A DNA stretch of 63,024 bases from Candidatus Omnitrophota bacterium. Its GTDB lineage: Bacteria > Omnitrophota > Gorgyraeia > Aquiviventales > Aquiviventaceae. Positions 39,601-45,668 of the stretch are shown here, in pieces. The stretch covers positions 1 through 63,024 of the forward strand of contig JAHFGT010000003.1 of NCBI GenBank assembly GCA_023247275.1, read 5' to 3'. The translations under genes were made by a program, and so were the position numbers. The notes under the pieces were generated by a model. That model ran no database searches. It saw only the letters and a list, made by a program, of their open reading frames with translations, and was not told the DNA's origin. Positions within the stretch are counted from its first letter, which is position 1; each line of letters starts with the position of its first letter.

Positions 39601-39662
39601 AGTTTGCCTGCCAGTGGTGCGCCTACCAATCCATCTGCCCGGCGGCATTTCAATCGAAATAG
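36648..39662 (+). CDS. UvrD/PcrA-type SF1 helicase fused to C-terminal PD-(D/E)XK (RecB/Cas4-like) nuclease with Cys4 cluster
   Basis: Contains ..AGAGTGKT.., ..VDEFQDTN.. and ..TIHKAKGLEFPVVF.. The C-terminus has ..DYLTCPMKYRY.., ..GRWDRVDL..IIDYKSS.. and ..CQWCAYQSIC.. Confidence 0.9.
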   Translation: MAPRGRQLTGAVTRPARRAKTVRPGLRELSPPALAPQDLLLADLTPAQQCAVRHEGGPLLIIAGAGTGKTTVITRRIAWLMRDKQVRPDQILALTFTDKAAVQMEERVDLLAPYGYLNIALKTFHAFGDQLLREHAIQLGLTQNFRVLSQQEQRIFLSQHMFELPLAEYRPLNDPTRYVDALIALFSRAKDEAVSPDEFAVHAKQVHDQARAAPADEELQRQSRRLHELAAVYAAYQALLRSEDVVDFGDQMLLAIQLLEQHPEVLAALRRQYQWILVDEFQDTNYAQFRLLQLFTDAQSEITVVADDDQSIYKWRGAAISNVLKFLERYPTVQTIVLTDNFRSSQAILDTAYRLIRFNDPDRLEVRQGIEKRLLARVPRQSIVPKFQVFDDASSESDWVATTIRTTIEAGRRRPSDFAILVRSNRDADLFLRALNVAGVSWRFSGASGLFARHESKMLVSCLKSLTDPADSLSWYHVASSPLYNCPMDDLTAVLAEARRTHRSLQELVQQLDEHPTLSTAVSDPGKQILRQLGEDVQRLLELSRHHSGGQVLFRWLQDRGFLTHLSRCDDVKTSLQLQTVARFFNELRRVEELVGPHLPALVGQLELFEAMGNQPFEEDDAWADRVNVLTIHKAKGLEFPVVFLVRLVHGRFPTPQRRDTLELPESLVKDLLPSGDYHLQEERRLFYVGMTRAKEELFLTAAYDYGGKTARKVSQFVLESLNLSTQTPPAKRAGATDILERSQIRAPLAVTIAPTGSTALRLDAHGLDDYLTCPMKYRYSKILRIPAMRHHVVIYGAALHSAIEQFFKRQLQGMAMREAELLVAFEQAWVSEGFLTREHEQLRLEQGRQTLRRFYAAQQATPEHPTLIEEKFRFALDDLFVTGRWDRVDLQGDDAIIIDYKSSDIRDQAAADRRTRESLQLLVYALAWQTLHGRLPSRVELRFLETGLTGQAHPTDDDMDRTRQLLRTAARGIRSQDFHPKPNEFACQWCAYQSICPAAFQSK

Positions 39663-39741
39663 CAACCTTCTCTAAAACAGGGAGTTACAAAAACATTGCT
39701 GTAGGCCATTGACGGTTACTCATACGATATGGTAATTTTAA

Positions 39742-39754
39742 ATTGTAATACAAT
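39742..39754 (+). promoter_or_regulatory. Palindrome ATTGTA-A-TACAAT in AT-rich spacer (possible operator)
   Basis: It lies in an AT-rich stretch with GTAAT direct repeats and TTGACG-N18-TAATTT (39709-39738). A near-identical palindrome is at 56939. Confidence 0.3.
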
Positions 39755-39858
39755 CTATGTAATATTAAGCAGGGCATCACACGTGATAGGGTCCCTCAGC
39801 CCTAGCAACGAGGGGCCGAACTACCAAGCGGTGGTTCGGCGAATTTATTGGGTGACGC

Positions 39859-40188
39859 GTGGACGATACGGCAATGTTTCATCGGCAGCTGTCACACTTC
39901 AAGATCACGCCGACTGCGCAGGAGCTTTCCGAGGCGCGCTTCAAACGATTCTTGAAAGACCTGGAGGGGTACGAGCGCAGACGGACCTTCGAGCGGACGC
40001 TCGATGCCTTCCTCGACCTGTACTCCTCGTGGAAGAAAACCCACCAGCCCACCTTGAAATTACGCTTGGTGATGCTGGTGTTCGAACTGCATCGGCTGGA
40101 CCCGCAGTTCGAGTGCGACCTGGAGTTTGCCGAGTTACCCGCATGCGAGAAATCCGCGTCCGCAACCTCACCTCAGACGACTGGCTGA
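39859..40188 (+). CDS. Hypothetical protein (orphan, helical)
   Basis: Third-position GC is high from ATG 39874 (or GTG 39859) to about 40140. No recognisable domain. Confidence 0.45.
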   Translation: MDDTAMFHRQLSHFKITPTAQELSEARFKRFLKDLEGYERRRTFERTLDAFLDLYSSWKKTHQPTLKLRLVMLVFELHRLDPQFECDLEFAELPACEKSASATSPQTTG

Positions 40189-40541
40189 AGCGTGACTGCA
40201 TCGTCAGCGAGCACCTCCAGCAGGGGGAGTATGCTACTGACGTGCTGCGCCGCTGCACCTATCATGTCGAGTCACAAGTCGCCCTCCCCTCGGTCGATGA
40301 TTCCATTGACTGGGCCCACAACCTTGACCCGTTGCCGCCCCGGCAGGTATTCGTCACCAAGGACTTGAACCCGGAGAACGGCGCTGAGCGGGTCGTCTAT
40401 AAGGTCCTCGGCCATTTCTATGTCGTGTGGGGCCGGATCGTGTTCTGCGTGGGGTACCGCCATATCCTCTCCATGGATATCGGACCAGAGATGCCGGCCG
40501 GCCAAGCGCCGTTTGAACTTGGCGACATCCCGCCGTTTTAA
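40143..40541 (+). CDS. Hypothetical protein (orphan); may be the 3' part of a frameshifted single gene with 39859-40188
   Basis: Third-position GC is high from ATG 40143 to TAA 40541. It overlaps the upstream ORF by 46 nt. No SD is evident. Confidence 0.45.
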   Translation: MREIRVRNLTSDDWLKRDCIVSEHLQQGEYATDVLRRCTYHVESQVALPSVDDSIDWAHNLDPLPPRQVFVTKDLNPENGAERVVYKVLGHFYVVWGRIVFCVGYRHILSMDIGPEMPAGQAPFELGDIPPF

Positions 40542-40605
40542 TTCGCACGCCGATCCGCTCCACGGTTTGACGCGCCCTAGCAGCTTATGCTAAAGTTGCC
40601 GCACC

Positions 40606-41601
40606 ATGCCGCACCCAGCGACGATCACCGTACTCGGAGATGGTGGGTGGGGTACCACCCTCGCGATCTATGCCCACCGGCTTGGCCATCGCGTGATCTG
40701 GTGGAGCCCGTTCGCTGAGTATGCCGGTGTACTACGCCGCCGACGCGACAACATCAAATTCCTCCCCGGGATCCGCATTCCTCGCGCGATCCGAATCACC
40801 GCGTCGTTGCCAGAGGCTGTTGGCCCGAGTTCGCTCGTTGTGCTCGCTATCCCGTCACAATATCTGCGCGGCGTTGTGCGCCAATTGGCGTCGATCGATC
40901 TTCGGCGTCAGCGGCTGCTGAGCGTGGCCAAAGGGATTGAGCCGCAGACGCTGAAGCGGATATCTGAAGTTATTCGCGATGAACTCGGCCACCCACGGCT
41001 GGCCGTGCTGTCTGGACCGAACATCGCGATGGAGATTGTTCAGGGGCAACCAGCGAGTTCAGTCGTCGCGTCAGAATCGCTCGAGCTGGCCCGAGACGTA
41101 CAGCAGCTGCTGATCAGCGACCGGCTGCGCCTGTATACCTCCACCGATGTCATTGGGGTAGAGCTCGGCGGAGCGTTGAAAAACCCCATCGCCATCGCGG
41201 CTGGGATGAGCGACGGGCTTGGGTTCGGCTCGAACACCAAGGCCGCGCTGATCACGCGCGGTGTTGTTGAGATGGCCCGGCTGGGCGCCGCCTTGGGCGC
41301 GCAGGCGCAGACATTTTGGGGATTAAGCGGGTTGGGCGATTTGGTGACGACCTGTATGGCAGGCCGCAATCATTGGCTTGGCGAGCAGCTTGGCCAGGGC
41401 CGGTCGCTGCGTGCCGTGCTGAGCTCGACCCCGATGGTGATCGAAGGGGTGGAGACGGCCCGCGCGGCTGTCGAGCTGGCCCGGCGCCAGCGCGTCGAGC
41501 TACCGATCATTGAGCAGGTGCACGCGGTCTTGTTCCGCCGCCGCCCTCCGCGTCAGGCGCTGCGCGCGCTGATGCTGCGCTCTGCCAAACCCGAATCGTA
41601 G
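40606..41601 (+). CDS. gpsA: NAD(P)H-dependent glycerol-3-phosphate dehydrogenase
   Basis: Contains ..ITVLGDGGWGTTLA.., ..SVAKGIE.. and ..GALKNPIAIAAG.. Confidence 0.93.
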   Translation: MPHPATITVLGDGGWGTTLAIYAHRLGHRVIWWSPFAEYAGVLRRRRDNIKFLPGIRIPRAIRITASLPEAVGPSSLVVLAIPSQYLRGVVRQLASIDLRRQRLLSVAKGIEPQTLKRISEVIRDELGHPRLAVLSGPNIAMEIVQGQPASSVVASESLELARDVQQLLISDRLRLYTSTDVIGVELGGALKNPIAIAAGMSDGLGFGSNTKAALITRGVVEMARLGAALGAQAQTFWGLSGLGDLVTTCMAGRNHWLGEQLGQGRSLRAVLSSTPMVIEGVETARAAVELARRQRVELPIIEQVHAVLFRRRPPRQALRALMLRSAKPES

Positions 41602-41676
41602 CCGCCAGTCGATTGACAGCCCTTGCCCAGGCTGCTAGGCTGATCTGTCGGATAGAAACGGGAGCACATTGAGCCA

Positions 41677-42078
41677 ATGTATCAGAGGGATCAACGAGCA
41701 GGTCCGTGCGGGTTCAGCAGAACGCCGCCATTGATCATTGCTGGCCTGCTCAGTTTCATAGGTCATGTCGCAATGGCAGAAGAGGACCGCACGGTCTACC
41801 TACCAATGATGTTCTCTGCCGAAGGCGAGATACGGACATCGGCCTGTCTACAAGTCACTGAGCGGACTTATCCACAGTCAGCGTGGTGGGAAGACTCGGA
41901 TGTCTCGCCTGGTACGCCGGAACACGCCTTCAAGGCGGTCATCAGCGCCATGAAGCGCAAGGATCGAGCCGCACGGTTTGAACTGTCCGACCCAGCGCCG
42001 GGTAAAGATCCCGAGCGTCTCGATGAGCAAGTGGTCACCTTCATTCAACAGTTCGAAAGCAGTATCGCCATCAATTAG
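41677..42078 (+). CDS. Hypothetical small exported protein
   Basis: Signal-like PPLIIAGLLSFIGHVAMA. No recognisable domain. Confidence 0.45.
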   Translation: MYQRDQRAGPCGFSRTPPLIIAGLLSFIGHVAMAEEDRTVYLPMMFSAEGEIRTSACLQVTERTYPQSAWWEDSDVSPGTPEHAFKAVISAMKRKDRAARFELSDPAPGKDPERLDEQVVTFIQQFESSIAIN

Positions 42079-42088
42079 AGCGGTTGGC

Positions 42089-42162
42089 CGGGGCGTGGCT
42101 CAGTTTGGTAGAGCGCCTGAATGGGGTTCAGGAGGTCCCGAGTTCGAATCTCGGCGCCCCGA
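42089..42162 (+). tRNA. tRNA-Pro (anticodon GGG)
   Basis: 74-nt cloverleaf: acceptor CGGGGCG/CGCCCCG, anticodon loop ATGGGGT, T-loop TTCGAAT, discriminator A. No encoded CCA. Confidence 0.9.
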
Positions 42163-42266
42163 GTCATGTTTGAGCGCGGCCACCTCGCTCGGGATAAAAG
42201 CGCCTGCGACCGAGCCGGGCACCACGCCGAAGGCGTGGTCGGCGAAGGAGTCCCGTAGGCGAAGGG

Positions 42267-42302
42267 GAATGGGGGTCAGGAGGTGGAGAGTTCGATCCTT
42301 CG
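42267..42302 (+). repeat. Degenerate partial duplicate of the tRNA-Pro 3' half
   Basis: GAATGGGGGTCAGGAGGTGGAGAGTTCGATCCTTCG compares with the tRNA segment 42119-42154, GAATGGGGTTCAGGAGGTCCCGAGTTCGAATCTCGG. By my hand alignment roughly three quarters of positions are identical and collinear. Confidence 0.45.
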
Positions 42303-42348
42303 ACTCGCTTCGCTCGCTCAGGATCATCGCTAATGAGGCAGAGAAACC

Positions 42349-42651
42349 ATGCGGGCTAAAATTCCAGTTAATAGAGAGCGGGTCGCTGAGTTCTGTCGGA
42401 GGCACCACATCAAAAAGCTGGCGCTGTTTGGCTCCGTGCTTCGCGACGATTTCCGACCTGAGAGTGACGTTGATGTGCTGGTAGAATTTGAGCCAGGGAC
42501 CGCTGCCGGATTCTTGCGTCTGGCAGTGAGGGAGTTGGAATTGTCTCAGATGATGGGCCGCCGCGTGGACCTGAGAACTCTGCCTGACCTGAGCCGATAT
42601 TTCAGAGACGAAGTGCTCAGAACCGCCGAAGTTCAGTATGCCGAAACGTGA
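42349..42651 (+). CDS. MNT-type nucleotidyltransferase (antitoxin-type partner of HEPN/DUF86)
   Basis: Contains ..LALFGSVLRDDFRPESDVDVLVEF.. (GS..DxD minimal NTase motif). 100 aa. Confidence 0.85.
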   Translation: MRAKIPVNRERVAEFCRRHHIKKLALFGSVLRDDFRPESDVDVLVEFEPGTAAGFLRLAVRELELSQMMGRRVDLRTLPDLSRYFRDEVLRTAEVQYAET

Positions 42652-42897
42652 GGAGACTGTCCGCCGGCAACATATCCAATGAATCAACGTTTCCTTCAAA
42701 AGCGATTAATCGGTCCTGAGCGGATTGCAGAACAGCTAGAGCCGTCCATGCGGTCATAGGCGCCCGGGATCTTATTGCTCCGGCCAATTTGGCAGGGCGG
42801 CTCTGGAAAGAGGGGTCATGGCCGAACACCATACCCCTCTTTTTCTTCGCCTGAATTGCCAAATGCGGCTGAATATGGTACAAAATAACCCCTTCGC
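42638..42897 (+). pseudogene. Possible decayed HEPN/DUF86 toxin remnant
   Basis: ATG 42638 overlaps the MNT 3' end by 14 nt, the usual MNT-HEPN arrangement. MPKREETVRRQHIQ is then interrupted by three in-frame stops and truncated by hom. Residual similarity is weak. Confidence 0.3.
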
Positions 42898-44208
42898 ATG
42901 CAGACAACAGTAAATATCGGCCTCATCGGACTTGGCACCGTTGGCACCGGGGTGGCCAGGGCGCTGATCGAGAAGGCGCGGCTCCTCGAACAACGCATCG
43001 GCACGCGGATCGCGTTGCGCCGCGTGTGCGATCGCGATATTCGTCCGTCGCGTGGCTTTCGGCTGCCGGCCGGCCTTGCGACCACCGACGCGTCGAAGAT
43101 CCTGCGCGATCCGGATATCCAGATCGTGGTCGAGCTGATCGGCTGGCTTGAGCCGGCCAAGAGCTATATCTTGGACGCGCTGCGACATGGCAAGCATGTC
43201 GTCACCGCCAACAAGGCGCTCTTGGCAACCGCCGGGCGCGACCTGTTCATCGCCGCTGGACGGGCGCGCGCTGATTTGTATTTCGAAGCCTCGGTTGGTG
43301 GCGGAATCCCGATTATCAAAGCACTCCGCGAAGGCCTCATTGCCAACGACCTGGACACCATCCTCGGAATCGTCAATGGCACCTCGAACTACATCCTGAC
43401 GCAGATGCGGGATCAGCACCTCAGTTTCCACGAAGCGCTGCTGGAAGCCAAGCATCATGGCTATGCCGAGCGCAACCCATCGTTGGATATTGACGGGCAT
43501 GATGCCGCGCACAAGCTGGCGATTCTCACATTGCTTGGGTTCGGCTTGCCGGTGCAGCCGTCGGCCATCCATGTCGAAGGAATCAGCACGATCTCTCAGG
43601 CCGACATTGAGTACGCGGACGAGCTTGGGTACTGCATCAAACCCTTGGCGATCGCCAAACAAGTGGACCATGAATTAGAGGTGCGCGTCCATCCAGCGTT
43701 GCTGGCGAAGACGCACCTGCTGGCGAATGTCAACGGGGTGTACAACGCCATCTATGTGCACGGGGATATGGTTGGCTCAGCGTTGTTCTACGGGCGCGGC
43801 GCAGGGCAAAATCCAGCCGCCAGCTCGGTGCTGTCGGACATCGCCGACGTGGCTCGGAATATCATCAGCGGCGTCAACCATCGGATCCCGCTGACGAATC
43901 CATTGAGCCATGGCGTGCGCCGGGTGCGCCGGATGGGTCAGGTCGAGACACGCTACTACATGCGATTTCTCATGCGGGACAAGCCTGGCGTGTTGGCGAA
44001 GATTGCCGGCGTGTTGGGACGCCATTATATTTCCATCGCGAGCGTCCACCAAAAAGAACGTCGCGCGGCCCGGATCGTGCCGGTGGTCATGATGACACAC
44101 GAGGCCAAAGAGTCAGACATCCGCACCGCCCTGCAACTCATCGATCGGATGGGGTTCGTCAAACACCCGACGGTGGCGTTGCGTACCGAAGCGCCGAAAG
44201 TAAAGTAA
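42898..44208 (+). CDS. hom: Homoserine dehydrogenase (with C-terminal ACT domain)
   Basis: Contains ..IGLIGLGTVGTGV.., ..VVTANKALLA.. and ..FEASVGGGIPII.. Confidence 0.93.
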   Translation: MQTTVNIGLIGLGTVGTGVARALIEKARLLEQRIGTRIALRRVCDRDIRPSRGFRLPAGLATTDASKILRDPDIQIVVELIGWLEPAKSYILDALRHGKHVVTANKALLATAGRDLFIAAGRARADLYFEASVGGGIPIIKALREGLIANDLDTILGIVNGTSNYILTQMRDQHLSFHEALLEAKHHGYAERNPSLDIDGHDAAHKLAILTLLGFGLPVQPSAIHVEGISTISQADIEYADELGYCIKPLAIAKQVDHELEVRVHPALLAKTHLLANVNGVYNAIYVHGDMVGSALFYGRGAGQNPAASSVLSDIADVARNIISGVNHRIPLTNPLSHGVRRVRRMGQVETRYYMRFLMRDKPGVLAKIAGVLGRHYISIASVHQKERRAARIVPVVMMTHEAKESDIRTALQLIDRMGFVKHPTVALRTEAPKVK

Positions 44209-44216
44209 GCCTCATG

Positions 44217-44306
44217 CTCAGTCAACAGTCGACAGTCTTCAGCCCACAGCGAACACTGTACGCACTCTGTCGACTGTCGACTGTTAACTGTGAACCCTCG
44301 ACTGCA
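44217..44306. repeat. Paired heptanucleotide tandem arrays (NNCAGTC)x5-6 and (GACTGTN)x4-6 forming a 19-bp inverted repeat
   Basis: First array: CTCAGTC AACAGTC GACAGTC TTCAGCC CACAGCG. Second array: CTCTGTC GACTGTC GACTGTT AACTGTG. Positions 44219-44237 pair with 44272-44290 with one mismatch. Confidence 0.7.
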
Positions 44307-44308
44307 CG

Positions 44309-45418
44309 ATGACACTTCGCCGTCGTTCTCGGCGAGTCTCGCAGTCCAACGCATGGCCTGGAGTCATTGAGGCCTACCGCAGCTATCTGCCGGTTTCTGC
44401 AACGACACCGATCATCTCGTTGTTGGAAGGCAACACGCCGCTAATCTACAGCCGCCAGTTGAGCCAGGCGATTGGCCCGCGAGCTCAGGTGTACCTCAAG
44501 TATGAGGGGATGAACCCAACCGGGTCATTCAAAGATCGTGGCATGACGCTGGCGATTTCAAAAGCGGTCGAAGCCAAGTCGGTCGCAGTGTTGTGCGCGT
44601 CGACCGGGAACACGTCAGCCGCCGCCAGCGCGTACGCCGCGCGCGCCGGGCTGCGATCGATCGTGCTCATTCCGAGCGGCAACATTGCGCTCGGTAAGCT
44701 GTCGCAAGCGCTGATCCATGGCGCAAAGGTGGCACCGGTCGAGGCCAACTTCGATGCCTGCTTGGCCCTCGCCAAATCGCTGGTGAACAACCATCCGATC
44801 ACGCTGGTCAACTCGATCAACCCGTATCGGATCGAAGGTCAGAAGACCTGCGCGTTTGAAATTTGTGACGCGCTGGGGCAGGCCCCGGATTACCACTTCA
44901 CGCCGGTGGGCAACGCCGGCAATATCACCGCGCAGTGGAAAGGATACAAGGAATACCGGCAGCACCGAAAGATCGACCGGCTGCCAGTCATGCTGGGGTT
45001 TCAAGCCGAGGGCGCCGCCCCCATCGTCCATGGCGCGGTTGTGAAGAACCCGAAGACGATCGCGACCGCGATCCGAATCGGCAACCCAGCCAGTTGGCAG
45101 GGCGCGTTGACCGCGACTCAAGAATCAGAGGGGGCCATCCAGGCGGTCTCCGACGCTCAAATCCTCGAGGCCTATCGGCTGTTGGCCAACCATGATGGCG
45201 TGTTCGCCGAACCAGCGTCGGCCGCATCGGTGGCCGGCTTGCTGCAATTGGCCCGAACCGGCTATTTTACCAGCCGCAAGAAACGGCAGACCACCGTTGT
45301 CTGTATTCTGACCGGCCATGGCCTCAAGGACCCTGGGTGTGCCATTGACAGCATTACGATGCCGAAGCCGCTGCCGCCGTCATTGTCCGCCGTGAGCAAA
45401 GCGGTTGGACTCGGTTAG
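44309..45418 (+). CDS. thrC: Threonine synthase
   Basis: Contains ..LLEGNTPLI.. and ..KYEGMNPTGSFKDRGMT.. (PLP lysine). Confidence 0.93.
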   Translation: MTLRRRSRRVSQSNAWPGVIEAYRSYLPVSATTPIISLLEGNTPLIYSRQLSQAIGPRAQVYLKYEGMNPTGSFKDRGMTLAISKAVEAKSVAVLCASTGNTSAAASAYAARAGLRSIVLIPSGNIALGKLSQALIHGAKVAPVEANFDACLALAKSLVNNHPITLVNSINPYRIEGQKTCAFEICDALGQAPDYHFTPVGNAGNITAQWKGYKEYRQHRKIDRLPVMLGFQAEGAAPIVHGAVVKNPKTIATAIRIGNPASWQGALTATQESEGAIQAVSDAQILEAYRLLANHDGVFAEPASAASVAGLLQLARTGYFTSRKKRQTTVVCILTGHGLKDPGCAIDSITMPKPLPPSLSAVSKAVGLG

Positions 45419-45467
45419 AGCCTTCCTACGAACCCTGCATTCTCGTCGAGCACGCCAGCTGCCACAC

Positions 45468-45496
45468 TTGGCGTCGACTCGGTTCCCGAGTATAAT
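45468..45496 (+). promoter_or_regulatory. Putative sigma70-type promoter
   Basis: TTGGCG-N17-TATAAT. The predicted transcript start falls just 5' of the left arm of element copy C. Confidence 0.45.
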
Positions 45497-45505
45497 GAGT
45501 GATTC

Positions 45506-45668
45506 ATGATCCCACCACCTGTCGCTTGAGCCGGCTCAGTGGTCAGCACGCCAGGCTGGCTCAAGATCGCCAACAAGACAACGAAGGTTGCACGGGATGA
45601 CGAATACAAAGAGTGCTCGCCGGGGCGATCAGCCCGCCATCGGCGGGCTGCAACAGGTGGTGGGATGA
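45506..45668 (+). repeat. ATGA-bounded inverted-repeat element, copy C (14-bp terminal helix)
   Basis: Positions 45509-45522 pair perfectly with 45653-45666. Both end motifs are identical to copy B: ATGATCCCACCACCTG and CAGGTGGTGGGATGA. Inner hairpins: 45525-45532 with 45558-45565, and 45630-45638 with 45642-45650. Confidence 0.65.
45597..45668 (+). CDS. 23-aa upstream ORF ([23 protein letters not shown]), coupled to the apgM-like gene
   Basis: SD GAAGG lies 9 nt before ATG 45597. Its stop TGA at 45666-45668 overlaps ATG 45665. Confidence 0.3.
   Translation: MTNTKSARRGDQPAIGGLQQVVG

Noticed and set aside
39729-40142. First half of the 270-aa ORF 39729-40541, read as a single gene.
   Set aside because: It starts inside the AT-rich promoter region. 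Between 39874 and 40140, third-position GC favours the other frame (ORF 39859-40188).
42163-42266. Hairpin ACCACGCC-GAAG-GGCGTGGT after tRNA-Pro as a terminator.
   Set aside because: There is no T-tract. It may simply be part of the eroded island, so I did not call it a feature.
45539-45664. GTG-initiated 42-codon extension of the apgM-like ORF.
   Set aside because: Family homology begins at MKYLLL (ATG 45665). The extension runs through the structured leader and has no SD.
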